A stretch of 38,590 nucleotides of DNA from NCBI GenBank assembly GCA_964508015.1, contig CAZDRG010000002.1, positions 3,043 through 41,632 on the forward strand, written 5' to 3'. Below the pieces are notes generated by a model. That model ran no database searches. It was not told the origin of the DNA and was given only the letters and a program-made list of their open reading frames with translations. This document shows positions 1 through 8,840 of this stretch, in pieces (position 1 is the first letter of the stretch; the number at the start of each line of letters is the position of its first letter). The translations under genes were made by a program, and so were the position numbers. This DNA comes from an uncultured Bdellovibrionales bacterium (GTDB lineage Bacteria; Patescibacteriota; Minisyncoccia; Moranbacterales; UBA1568).

Positions 1-17
1 TCTGTGAAGCGCAAGAT

Positions 18-1445
18 ATGCCAAATGAATCTCCCTCCCCCACCATCTCTCAGACCGGTAATATTCGTATCAATGAAATTTTCCCTGATCCAGACACTCC
101 GAAAGATGCTGGTGAGTATATCGAGCTCTATAATCAAGGTAGCACCCCTGTCACTCTTTCGGGCTGGCGTATTACCGATGCGACCAAAACTGGACGCTAT
201 CTTTTCCCTACAAAGAGCCCTACACAAGACCCCGAGCAGGAATCCATACCAGCTCATGGATATTTTCTCATCACTGATACTGATTTTTCTTTCTCCCTCA
301 ATAATGGTAGTGAGACTCTTTCTCTTTTTGATTCGACCGATACGATGATTGATTCCGTGACCTATACCAAAACAACGGAAGGCGCTTCCCTTAATTGGAC
401 TGATACCGGTTGGCGCATAAGCAAAATACTTACTCCACGCGCACAAAATATACTGAGTAATACCCTTCCCACAACCAAGGAGCGTGTCCCCAAAAGAGGC
501 TACCGCTCTGTGTCAGTCACCTTTCAGGCCAAAGGAAAGGATCATGATGGTGATCGTCTCAAATATGCCTGGGATTTCGGCGATGGACATAAAAGTTATC
601 TTGAAACCACCAGCCACCGCTATACAAAATCTGGCACCTATACCGTCACGCTCACTACCAAAGATGGCAGCGAAGAAACTCACGAAACTTTCTCCATCAA
701 AATCTCAAAATTCGATCCACCAAAACTTCGCATCACACAACTCCTCCCTAATCCAGCCGGAGCTGATACGGCCCCAGGCGCAGAATGGATTGAAATCAAA
801 AATTATTCAGACAAAAAAGTCGACCTCATGGGTTACAGTCTAGCAACCGGCACCAAAAAACTCACCAATCACCCTCTACGGAGCAGCTTCGTGATTCCCA
901 AAAAATCCACTCGCCGCCTCACGCGCGAATATGCTCTTTTCTCTCTCCCGAATCAAAAAGGAAAAATAGAACTTCGTGCTCCAAACGGCGAACCAATCCA
1001 TACGCTGAAATACAGCTTCCCCTCTTCGCTTGCAAATAACACACTTCTCCGCAAAGAAAAAGGGCGACCGATTACCATCATCCAATCACCTGAACTTGCT
1101 CAATATCCTCAGGAAGAAAATCTCTCAGAGGAAACAAGCACACCTCTGACAACCGACATTATAATGCCTCTTCCTGCTCCACTCTCGACTACAATGGACC
1201 CTGCACTTTCTGATGAGCAAGAGACTCTCAAAAACACCAAACGATTTCTTCAGCTCACCACTCTCGGCACTTCTATTGTGATTCCTGAAGACATAACTCT
1301 TCACCAAGAAACACGCAACGATATTGAAAGAGAAAGCCAACTGCATACCGACCCACACTACTTGGCAGTTTTTCTCACTGATTTTTCCACCCGAGCCAAT
1401 ACCGAATTAAATTATCTCCTCTCTTCTCATAGATCAGACAAGTAA
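18..1445 (+). CDS. Secreted/surface protein with two lamin-tail (LTD) domains flanking a PKD domain; probably 5'-truncated by the window edge
   Basis: LTD-like segments are NIRINEIFPDP...GEYIELYNQG and LRITQLLPNPAG...AEWIEIKNYS. The PKD-like segment is KYAWDFGDGHKS...GTYTVTLTTKDG. The reading frame stays open from base 3 to the ATG at 18, and no signal peptide follows that ATG, so the true start is probably upstream of the window. Confidence 0.7.
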   Translation: MPNESPSPTISQTGNIRINEIFPDPDTPKDAGEYIELYNQGSTPVTLSGWRITDATKTGRYLFPTKSPTQDPEQESIPAHGYFLITDTDFSFSLNNGSETLSLFDSTDTMIDSVTYTKTTEGASLNWTDTGWRISKILTPRAQNILSNTLPTTKERVPKRGYRSVSVTFQAKGKDHDGDRLKYAWDFGDGHKSYLETTSHRYTKSGTYTVTLTTKDGSEETHETFSIKISKFDPPKLRITQLLPNPAGADTAPGAEWIEIKNYSDKKVDLMGYSLATGTKKLTNHPLRSSFVIPKKSTRRLTREYALFSLPNQKGKIELRAPNGEPIHTLKYSFPSSLANNTLLRKEKGRPITIIQSPELAQYPQEENLSEETSTPLTTDIIMPLPAPLSTTMDPALSDEQETLKNTKRFLQLTTLGTSIVIPEDITLHQETRNDIERESQLHTDPHYLAVFLTDFSTRANTELNYLLSSHRSDK

Positions 1446-1528
1446 AAAAGCAGCGTCATTCACTGTACAGAATAGCACTACATCTTTAAACCAATATGTT
1501 GACGATACTAAAACAAGAATAAGTGCAC

Positions 1529-2488
1529 CTAAACAATAGGAGCGTCAAAACCAAGCCCGTGCTCTAGTACAGGCGGCTCTTTAATGGGAAATCTTTCTAT
1601 GAGCAATTTCATCTTGCGAAGACTGGCTTCTAGCTCATCGAATGTCCTTGATGTAATAATGGCTCGCAGTAAATCTTTCTTTATAACCCTTTCGCTTCGC
1701 ACGATAACATCATCTAATTCTTCGAGGAATTCATTTAATACACCAACACGATCAAGAATTGCCGTTGCTTTTCCGGGACAAGCCCTCTCTAAATCCTCAC
1801 GAGCTTGAGGACTGAGAAGTGATATATGACTATATCCACCTAGGCCGCCATCGCTACTTGCCCGAGCGATAAGTTCATCCTGGAACATCTGAAAACCCTT
1901 TCGAAAATCGGTATCTGATTCATTGTTTTGGAAGGCTCCTGAATCGCTTGCCGCCCACCAAATGAGATGGTGAGTTTCATGAGGAATATTTTCCTCCATC
2001 ATTCTTTCTTGAAAAGTCGGGTTCTTTGGAAAACAAGGAATCATTATAAACGAAATGCCATTTGGTACTTTAACCGCTAACGCTCCAGCTCCGCTCATTA
2101 ATTTTGAAAATACGTCAGAATCAACAACCACCAAGTATATTCCTAGCGAAAGCTCGTCTAAATAATAACGAGTTCTCTCTTCCAATAATCGGTGATGTAC
2201 CTCACCTTGAAACGCTTGCTGGAGTAGACCATGCGCATCGAGGCCAAGTTGCTCTTGGAGTTTAGCTTGTTTTTCTCGAAAGTCCTGCATCGCATTCAAG
2301 AGGATTTGATTTTCAGGAGCAAGAGCTGCTCGATTCAAGTCTCCCTCAGCTTTTTTCCCAACTGCGATCTCAAGTATTCCTAAGTACTGCTCCCCAAACT
2401 CATGTACTCTTTCTAGCTCTGATTCGGGCAACTCCTCACTCTCGCATTCCACAATGCTCGGATGAGGAGTAGATAGCATTTCGAACAT
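1529..2488 (-). CDS. Hypothetical protein with an HExxH motif (HETHH); possible zinc metallopeptidase-like protein
   Basis: Long uninterrupted ORF of 319 aa. The only recognisable motif is IPHETHHLIWW. There is no signal peptide or TM segment. I recognise no family. Confidence 0.55.
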   Translation of the reverse strand: MFEMLSTPHPSIVECESEELPESELERVHEFGEQYLGILEIAVGKKAEGDLNRAALAPENQILLNAMQDFREKQAKLQEQLGLDAHGLLQQAFQGEVHHRLLEERTRYYLDELSLGIYLVVVDSDVFSKLMSGAGALAVKVPNGISFIMIPCFPKNPTFQERMMEENIPHETHHLIWWAASDSGAFQNNESDTDFRKGFQMFQDELIARASSDGGLGGYSHISLLSPQAREDLERACPGKATAILDRVGVLNEFLEELDDVIVRSERVIKKDLLRAIITSRTFDELEASLRKMKLLIERFPIKEPPVLEHGLGFDAPIV

Positions 2489-2554
2489 AAAGAATAAACA
2501 TCAAATGATAAACGAACGTATTTTATCACATTTCAAATGTTGTTCTTGAGTAAC

Positions 2555-2592
2555 AAAAAAATAAGACCATTTCCTATATGGAATGGTCTTAT
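2555..2592 (-). terminator. Intrinsic terminator downstream of tRNA-Gly(CCC)
   Basis: The stem ATAAGACCAT (2561-2570) pairs with ATGGTCTTAT (2583-2592), plus an inner TCC/GGA. It is flanked by A7 (2555-2561, a U-run on the minus strand) and T5 (2592-2596). Confidence 0.6.
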
Positions 2593-2601
2593 TTTTAGCT
2601 G

Positions 2602-2672
2602 AGCGGGTAACGGGAATCGAACCCGTCGCTTAACCTTGGGAAGGTCATGTATTACCACTATACTATACCCGC
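2602..2672 (-). tRNA. tRNA-Gly (anticodon CCC)
   Basis: Hand-folded cloverleaf on the minus strand. Acceptor GCGGGTA/TACCCGC, D stem GTAT/ATAC, anticodon stem TGACC/GGTTA, loop TTCCCAA, T arm ACGGG-TTCGATT-CCCGT, discriminator U. No CCA is encoded. Confidence 0.9.
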
Positions 2673-2930
2673 ATCTTATCGCATGAGTCTCTTATAGCTC
2701 TCCCGACCACAGACCGAAAACATGACTATTGTAGCACGAGCGTCACAAACGTAAAGACCAACTCATTCTTTTCCTCAAAGAAATCGCTCGGGTATTCAGC
2801 CTCGGTCCCGATATGATTTATATAGTCTGTCTCACGGCTTCTCAAGACCACCGAAGCTTGCTAGACTAGGTAAGCTGTGTTATCTCTCTATCCATGTGCT
2901 TCGTGTCAATTCGCTTTCATCTCTCAATTT

Positions 2931-4364
2931 ATGAAAAAATCTTTACCTTTCTGGACTAAGGGACGTCTGATTCTTCTCACAGCGCTCGTCATCATTCTCG
3001 GTCTGAGCTGGCTCGGTTTTACTTTTTTTCAATCGCATAAGACTGAATTTGCCGTCGGTTCACTCGCGCTTTTCGAAAAAGTCTCCAAACTACTCCCCCT
3101 CGAACCTGATACAAAAAAAGAAATAGAGGTGGCAAATCAGCTTGTCCAGGAACTCACACTTCGCGATAACCAAGTACGCGTCTACATGATACTCCTCCAG
3201 AATAATCATGAACTCCGCCCAGGGGGTGGTTTTCTCGGGCAGTATGCCGTCATCAAGATAAAAAATGCTGAAATCATCTCAAACGTTGTCGAAGACGCGA
3301 ATCTTCTCGACCAACGTATCAAGAATGCTGATATCAAAGTCACTCCACCCTGGCCACTCACCCGTTACGCCCAGATCAAACGTTGGATGCTCCGTGATTC
3401 CAATTTCTCACCCGATTTCCCTTATAATGCAGAGAAAGCAGAATATTTTTATCGACTCGGTGGTGGTCGTGAAAAATTCGATGCGGTCATCGCCGTCAAC
3501 GCAGATGTTTTCAATCACCTGCTCAAAATTACCGGGCCGGTTACTATCGCCGGATTCGGAACTTTCTCCGAAACGGACGGCGCACTCAAGCTTGAGGAAG
3601 CCGTAGAAAAAAATTATCTTGGGGAAGATGTTCCTGCCGAACTCAAACAGAATCGTAAAAATGTCATGAAGCAAATTGCTGCTGAAATGATCAATCGTCT
3701 CAATCATGTGGACAAAATACAAAGTATCGCTGAATTCGCTCAGGGTGAATTACGAAACAAAGATATCATGCTGTATTTCCATGATGAGCGACTTCAATCT
3801 CTCGTTAAAGAAGTTCACTGGGATGGCAGCGTTGCTACCGATTGGACCGGAGATTATTTGATGGTTGTTGATGCAAATCTCGGTGCCCTCAAGAGCGACT
3901 ATTTTATCAAACGCTCGCTCAATTACACGGTTGACTTCACGGGAGAGAAACCGAAAGCCAATGTCTCCTACACCTACGATCACACTGCCACGCATGGTGA
4001 TTGGCGCACGAGTGATTACCATACCTACGCACGTATTCTCGCGCCACTCGGCTCCAAATACATCGATCAATCACGAAGACGCACAGGAGGCGTCATCAGC
4101 CAAGATTCAACTGATCTCAACAAAACGGTATTTGGTTACAAAGTCGACGCCCTCATGGGAAGAACACTTGAAACTGGTATCGAATACGAACTACCATCTA
4201 CTGTCACACCAGACAATTACCGACTTCTCATCCAGAAACAATCCGGCACCGGAATAATCCCTGTCACCGTCACGCTCAAAACGAAAGACCGTGAATATAT
4301 TGAGTCTTTCGAACTCAAAAAAGATCTCAATATCTCCATTCAAACCAAAGAAGAACAAAAATAG
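2931..4364 (+). CDS. DUF4012 domain-containing membrane-anchored protein
   Basis: An N-terminal TM helix (LILLTALVIILGLSWLGFTFF) is followed by the DUF4012 signature LLQNNHELRPGGGFLGQYAVIKI. I prefer the ATG at 2931 (MKKSLPFW) over the GTG at 2877 listed in the track. Confidence 0.8.
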   Translation: MKKSLPFWTKGRLILLTALVIILGLSWLGFTFFQSHKTEFAVGSLALFEKVSKLLPLEPDTKKEIEVANQLVQELTLRDNQVRVYMILLQNNHELRPGGGFLGQYAVIKIKNAEIISNVVEDANLLDQRIKNADIKVTPPWPLTRYAQIKRWMLRDSNFSPDFPYNAEKAEYFYRLGGGREKFDAVIAVNADVFNHLLKITGPVTIAGFGTFSETDGALKLEEAVEKNYLGEDVPAELKQNRKNVMKQIAAEMINRLNHVDKIQSIAEFAQGELRNKDIMLYFHDERLQSLVKEVHWDGSVATDWTGDYLMVVDANLGALKSDYFIKRSLNYTVDFTGEKPKANVSYTYDHTATHGDWRTSDYHTYARILAPLGSKYIDQSRRRTGGVISQDSTDLNKTVFGYKVDALMGRTLETGIEYELPSTVTPDNYRLLIQKQSGTGIIPVTVTLKTKDREYIESFELKKDLNISIQTKEEQK

Positions 4365-4374
4365 ACAAAAAAAA

Positions 4375-4541
4375 CCCCGGCCAAAAAGCACCGGGGGAAG
4401 GGCATACGAATCGTTGCGGGGGGGAGGGGTGAGGAGAACGATTCGCTCCCAAAACTGGAAGGTACTGCGTGAAGAACTGTACCTCTAGAAAAGCATTCTC
4501 TCACGAAAAAGTCAAGAGACTTGTTTCTCTCTTCTCCTCAC
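4375..4541 (+). promoter_or_regulatory. Structured G-rich element between the DUF4012 gene and thrS; possible thrS leader
   Basis: Hairpin 1 is CCCCGG (4375-4380) with CCGGGG (4391-4396). Hairpin 2 is CGAATCGTT (4407-4415) with AACGATTCG (4437-4445), and it encloses a 21-nt G-rich loop. Hairpin 3 is AGGTAC/GTACCT. GTGAGGAGAA (4429-4438) is perfectly complementary to TTCTCCTCAC (4532-4541). Confidence 0.3.
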
Positions 4542-4589
4542 GCTATGCTTCAGAAAAGAGATTTTGAAATCATATTTATACAATCCTAT

Positions 4590-6332
4590 ATGTCTGACCT
4601 ACTCCCCGCCATTCGTCACTCCTTCGCTCATCTCCTCGCAGCGGCCGTACTCAAGCTCTACCCCGAAACAAAGCTCACCATCGGGCCAGCCATCGATGAC
4701 GGTTTCTATTACGATTTTGATTTTTCCACTCCCGTTGGTGATGAAGACCTCAAACGCATAGAGAAAGAAATGCGAAATATTCTGAAAACATGGAGGGACT
4801 TCACAGGCCGAGAAGTCAGCGTCGAGGAAGCAAGAAGTATTTTTCTTGCAAATCCGTACAAACTTGAACTCATCGATGATATCGTCAACAAAAAAGAATC
4901 CATCACCCTGTACCGTGCCGGTGACTTCGAAGACCTGTGTCGTGGCGGACATGCCGAAACAATTTCTCTCATGCGCCCTGACGCTTTCAAACTCACCCGT
5001 GTCGCTGGTGCCTATTGGCGCGGTGATGAAAAACAAAAAATGCTCACTCGCATCTATGGCTATGCCTTCGAAAGCAAAGAAGCTCTTGATGCCCATATCA
5101 CTCAGGTCGAAGAAGCCAAGAAACGTGACCATAAAAAACTCGGCGTTGACCTGGATTTATTTACTTTCTCAGATCTTGTGGGTTCAGGTTTACCGCTTTG
5201 GACTCCGCGCGGTACACTCCTCCGCAATCTCTTGGATCAGTATGTCTGGGAACTCCGTTCTCAAGCCGGCTATGAACGAGTTGAAATTCCACATATTACC
5301 AAAAAAGATTTGTATATCACAAGTGGCCATTGGGAAAAATTCAAAGACGAACTCTTTCGTGTTACCACCCGTGAAGGACACGAATTCGCCATGAAACCGA
5401 TGAATTGTCCACATCACACACAGATTTATGCTCGCAAACAATGGAGTTATCGCGAACTCCCTCAGCGCTATGCAAATACAACCATGTGCTATCGCGATGA
5501 ACAATCCGGTGAACTTTCTGGTCTCTCGCGCGTGAGATCGCTCACTCAAGATGATGCGCATGTCTTCTGTCGTATGTCACAGGTACGCGAGGAGTTCATC
5601 AAAATTTGGAATATCATTCAAACATTCTACAGTGCTTTCGGTTTCACTTTGCGCGTTCGTATTTCCAAGCGTGACCCCGCCACACCAGACAACTATCTCG
5701 GTACTCCAGAACAGTGGTCATTTGCCGAAACAACGCTCGAAGATATTGCCCGAGAAAAAGGAATTGATACCTTTATTGGCATCGGTGAAGCAGCGTTTTA
5801 TGGTCCAAAACTCGACTTCATAACCAAGGATGCTCTTGGGCGTGAATGGCAAGTCGCTACTATTCAACTTGATGTAAATATGCCAGAGCGTTTCGACCTT
5901 TCCTGCATCAATGAAAAGGGAGAACACGAGCGTATCGTCATGATTCACGCCGCTATCATGGGATCAATTGAACGTTTCTTGAGTATGCTCATCGAAAATG
6001 TCGCTGGCAATTTCCCTCTCTGGCTCGCGCCAGAACAAGTCCGTATTCTCCCGATTGGCGAAGGACACCAGACGTATGCCAAAACTATTGAAGTGACGCT
6101 TCGAGATACTGGCATCAGAGTCTCTACTGATATTGCGAGTGAATCACTCGGAAAACGCATCCGTAATGCCAAACTCCAAAAAATCCCCTATCTCATCGTC
6201 GTCGGAGACAAAGAAGTTGAGACACAAACCCTTTCTGTCGAAAGCCGGGACCGTGGACAGCAAGGCACTCTCGCATGTACCGATTTCCTTGAAAGCCTCA
6301 CCCAAGAAATCAAAGCGAAACGTGCGATCTGA
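4590..6332 (+). CDS. thrS: Threonine--tRNA ligase, short form lacking the N-terminal TGS domain
   Basis: The protein starts directly at the editing/second-additional-domain motif IRHSFAHLLAAAV...GPAIDDGFYYDF. Class II core motifs follow (FAMKPMNCPHH, RVRSLTQDDAHVF, GPKLDF), then a C-terminal anticodon-binding domain. The start is taken at ATG 4590 (MSDLLPA); the upstream in-frame TTG/ATG codons add only non-conserved residues. Confidence 0.9.
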   Translation: MSDLLPAIRHSFAHLLAAAVLKLYPETKLTIGPAIDDGFYYDFDFSTPVGDEDLKRIEKEMRNILKTWRDFTGREVSVEEARSIFLANPYKLELIDDIVNKKESITLYRAGDFEDLCRGGHAETISLMRPDAFKLTRVAGAYWRGDEKQKMLTRIYGYAFESKEALDAHITQVEEAKKRDHKKLGVDLDLFTFSDLVGSGLPLWTPRGTLLRNLLDQYVWELRSQAGYERVEIPHITKKDLYITSGHWEKFKDELFRVTTREGHEFAMKPMNCPHHTQIYARKQWSYRELPQRYANTTMCYRDEQSGELSGLSRVRSLTQDDAHVFCRMSQVREEFIKIWNIIQTFYSAFGFTLRVRISKRDPATPDNYLGTPEQWSFAETTLEDIAREKGIDTFIGIGEAAFYGPKLDFITKDALGREWQVATIQLDVNMPERFDLSCINEKGEHERIVMIHAAIMGSIERFLSMLIENVAGNFPLWLAPEQVRILPIGEGHQTYAKTIEVTLRDTGIRVSTDIASESLGKRIRNAKLQKIPYLIVVGDKEVETQTLSVESRDRGQQGTLACTDFLESLTQEIKAKRAI

Positions 6333-6352
6333 ACAGCTTGCCCGAATTTCTT

Positions 6353-6910
6353 TCAACGTCGGTTCTTCTTCCCATCGCAAGCATCTGGTGACCAAAGCCC
6401 TCGCTTGTTCTCGCGCGCACTTTTTTCTGCCTCCGCGAAAAATTCTTTCCGCGTGATATCAGGTGTGTATGCCGAAGCGTATGCATACCCTTCGCGCACG
6501 AGCATCTCATTTACAAAGGTGCCATCTTCTAAATAAACAAAACGAAGAAGGCGTCCGTATTTATCAGTCTCCGATACATCTTTCTCTAATCGAACTATTT
6601 TCCCTCCCACTAAGTTTGCATTGAAGGCAGAGGCCTCTTTACCAAAACATTCCACTTTACGACGTGGATCAACTGTCTCGGGTGTATTGATACCTATATA
6701 GCGAACCTTTCGACCATCCTCTAATTCAATGGTATCGCCATCCACCACACGGCTTACCCGATACACTTCTTGTTCTCCGGAACTTTCTTCTTGATTCTGA
6801 ATGAAAGGAAAACGTAATTGGATCTCAGGTAACGTCGACACGCATGCAATGAGAAAAAGCGTGCTCGCTATGCCCATCATGATTGCGCGTTTCTGAGAGA
6901 GCATATTCAA
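6353..6910 (-). CDS. Thermonuclease (staphylococcal nuclease, SNase-like) lipoprotein
   Basis: SNase motifs are RVVDGDTIEL...VRYIGINTPE and YGRLLRFVYLEDGTFVNEMLVREGYA. The N-terminal signal carries the lipobox LFLIAC. Confidence 0.85.
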   Translation of the reverse strand: MNMLSQKRAIMMGIASTLFLIACVSTLPEIQLRFPFIQNQEESSGEQEVYRVSRVVDGDTIELEDGRKVRYIGINTPETVDPRRKVECFGKEASAFNANLVGGKIVRLEKDVSETDKYGRLLRFVYLEDGTFVNEMLVREGYAYASAYTPDITRKEFFAEAEKSARENKRGLWSPDACDGKKNRR

Positions 6911-6916
6911 ACAGTG

Positions 6917-7231
6917 TTATCCTTTTGCCAATTGATCATTGGTACGACGCACGATATCCAATAGTGTTTCGAACTGATCTTCTGGTGAGCTCGTATTCAC
7001 CTTCTCATATCCACACGTGAGACAGTGGTGGGTAATCCGATACGAATCACCAACTATACTCACCGCTTTCGGCTCCATCAAAGACCGACACGATTCTGCC
7101 CGGTCGCCCGGATCTTTATCCACGTGCTGACTCCACAGACAATGTGGGCAATGATTCGTGTAGCCATTTCCAAGAACTTCTTTCCCACAATGCCCACAAA
7201 TAAAATTTTCTTTGTTCCGTATAAACGCCAT
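6917..7231 (-). CDS. RNHCP domain-containing zinc-ribbon protein
   Basis: FICGHCGKEV...YTNHCPHCLWSQHVDKDPGDRAESC plus a distal CLTCG matches the RNHCP family pattern. The gene lies 2 nt downstream of the preceding gene's stop. Confidence 0.75.
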   Translation of the reverse strand: MAFIRNKENFICGHCGKEVLGNGYTNHCPHCLWSQHVDKDPGDRAESCRSLMEPKAVSIVGDSYRITHHCLTCGYEKVNTSSPEDQFETLLDIVRRTNDQLAKG

Positions 7232-7233
7232 AC

Positions 7234-8496
7234 TTATTTTTTCAAAAGAATTCGATTGATTGCATCTTCGTCATCACACGAGTACTTCCGGCTCGCGGAA
7301 TAGAAATGTTTATCTCCACCGTAGCAACCTTCATTATCTCGATGCAAACGAGCCATCATCGGCATCAAAAAGCCCACTTTCTTCTCAAGGAAATATCCAT
7401 GCAGTCGACTCAGTGTCTCTTCGCGGTCTACCTTGTCCATCCGCACAAACCGACTCATGTCATCACCAATCTTTCCGCTCCAATCAAGATGGACTAAGAC
7501 ATGATTCGATTTGGCAACATATTCCGGGTGCCACAAAAGAGCCCAGCACCAATCCCCCGGCTTCTTCCACCAGCGAGAAAAACAAGATCCCTCTTCAACG
7601 CGACCCGATTCATTGATACCGACCCCACCCTCAATAAAATCAAATTTCCGGAGATATCTCTCGTCTTGAATATCATTCGTCTGAGCCCCAATAAAAATTT
7701 TCATACCCCGAAATTCGGCATACTCTCGCATCTCTTCAATTACCTCTGGCATTCGTGAACGATCAAAGTCCGTCGTGTCCTGATAAAATACCTGTCCAAA
7801 CATAAACACCTGAACCCCCAAGTCCATAGCTCGTTCAGTAATATATTCAAGATACCGACGATATTCAGCGCTCTCGAGCGTTGGCTTACACGTATGCTCT
7901 CCCCAGAAATTTTTACTCCCCTCTCGGCACATCTTCTTGAAATCAAATTTTCGTTTTTCTGCCGGATATTCATACTCTGCCTTGGTATCAAGAGCCTCAG
8001 CCAGAAACATTCCGTACACGGTATTTGGCTTGGTGATTCTCTGATGAATCTCATAGGCCTTCTCGAAATCAGGCGGCTCCAGCCATGTCTCAAGCGCCCG
8101 ATGAAGATAATAGCACTGAGAACGATTGATCATCGCAACTGAGCTGCGATCATCACCTCCATATCCATTCAGGAGTCCATCTGCTACGCATCCTTGTGAT
8201 TTTATCAAATCCATCTTGGGATCCGGTGGTGGTGGCAGTATAGGCCAATGCGATTCATTTTTCTTGGCTCGTTCTTCTACGGGTTCTGGTTCATAAACCA
8301 CGGATAATGGCTCGCGCTCGACCGTCAGCACTGGTTCTAAAGGGGTATCTAATTGATTTGCGATTTGTGTATACCAAAAAAGCCAAAGGCTCACGAAAAA
8401 AAGCATCACCAATCCTCCCCTTTTCATCCAATGACGGATCAAAATGGTACGTTCAACTTTTTCAAAAGTATAGAGTGGTTTGTCTCTCATAGGCAC
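7234..8496 (-). CDS. Hypothetical membrane-anchored protein, family not recognised
   Basis: 420-aa ORF with one N-terminal TM helix (LVMLFFVSLWLFWYTQI). It is tightly coupled to the RNHCP and nuclease genes downstream. Confidence 0.65.
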   Translation of the reverse strand: MPMRDKPLYTFEKVERTILIRHWMKRGGLVMLFFVSLWLFWYTQIANQLDTPLEPVLTVEREPLSVVYEPEPVEERAKKNESHWPILPPPPDPKMDLIKSQGCVADGLLNGYGGDDRSSVAMINRSQCYYLHRALETWLEPPDFEKAYEIHQRITKPNTVYGMFLAEALDTKAEYEYPAEKRKFDFKKMCREGSKNFWGEHTCKPTLESAEYRRYLEYITERAMDLGVQVFMFGQVFYQDTTDFDRSRMPEVIEEMREYAEFRGMKIFIGAQTNDIQDERYLRKFDFIEGGVGINESGRVEEGSCFSRWWKKPGDWCWALLWHPEYVAKSNHVLVHLDWSGKIGDDMSRFVRMDKVDREETLSRLHGYFLEKKVGFLMPMMARLHRDNEGCYGGDKHFYSASRKYSCDDEDAINRILLKK

Positions 8497-8650
8497 CTTC
8501 TATCATACTCCAATCAGCACTCTCCAGAAAGGATTCCCCCACTAAAGTCACTCCTGAGCCATTCTTCTCTGCACATCCAAAGTTCCCTAGTGGGTATTAA
8601 ACTCTGTGTTAAAAAATACCGTGCTCTTTGCAGTTTGCAGTATGTAGCTG

Positions 8651-8781
8651 CAAAATATCAAAGAACGAAGTGGGTTTGGCTCTCAGCTTTTTCTGATGCC
8701 CCATATTTCCGAATATGCAGCAAAGAAAAGGGTGAGAGCCAAACCCACACACGAAATACAAGAATTCAAAGTAAACTCCTC
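8651..8781 (-). repeat. Conserved long-hairpin element, copy 1 (direct repeat of copy 2)
   Basis: The 16-bp outer stem is GTGGGTTTGGCTCTCA (8670-8685) with TGAGAGCCAAACCCAC (8733-8748). It encloses the conserved core. On the minus strand the hairpin is followed by the U-rich TTCGTTCTTTGATATTTT. The element starts about 60 nt after the stop of the 8841-9065 ORF. The strand shown is that of the neighbouring genes; the functional strand is unproven. Confidence 0.75.
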
Positions 8782-8840
8782 TAAAAATGAAACAAGAGCT
8801 GGTCAGGCTCTTGAATGTTTTATGACCATTGGTCGAGGCG

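Noticed and set aside
4455-4490. T-box riboswitch upstream of thrS; GGAAGGTACTGCG resembles the GGGUGGUACCGCG T-box core in 10 of 13 positions
   Set aside because: There is no Stem I with a Thr (ACC) specifier loop, K-turn or distal loop motifs. The UGGN bulge that pairs with the tRNA NCCA end is not preserved (AGGU). The hairpin that follows lacks a U-run. The leader is too short for a canonical T-box.
8690-8725. Hammerhead-like CUGAUG...GAA on the plus strand of the repeat core
   Set aside because: The core is CUGAUG followed by C, not the CUGAUGA box. No stem II plus GAAA plus stem III arrangement can be drawn. The resemblance is limited to six bases.
8686-8790. A small hydrophobic peptide encoded inside the repeat element, with an AGGAG SD and a TTG start on the minus strand
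   Set aside because: The 2-nt indel between copies 1 and 2 shifts the frame. Copy 1 gives a 28-aa product and copy 2 an unrelated 43-aa product. The shared FGNMGHQKK string seen in the track ORFs follows nucleotide conservation and falls in different contexts, so the element is not protein-coding.
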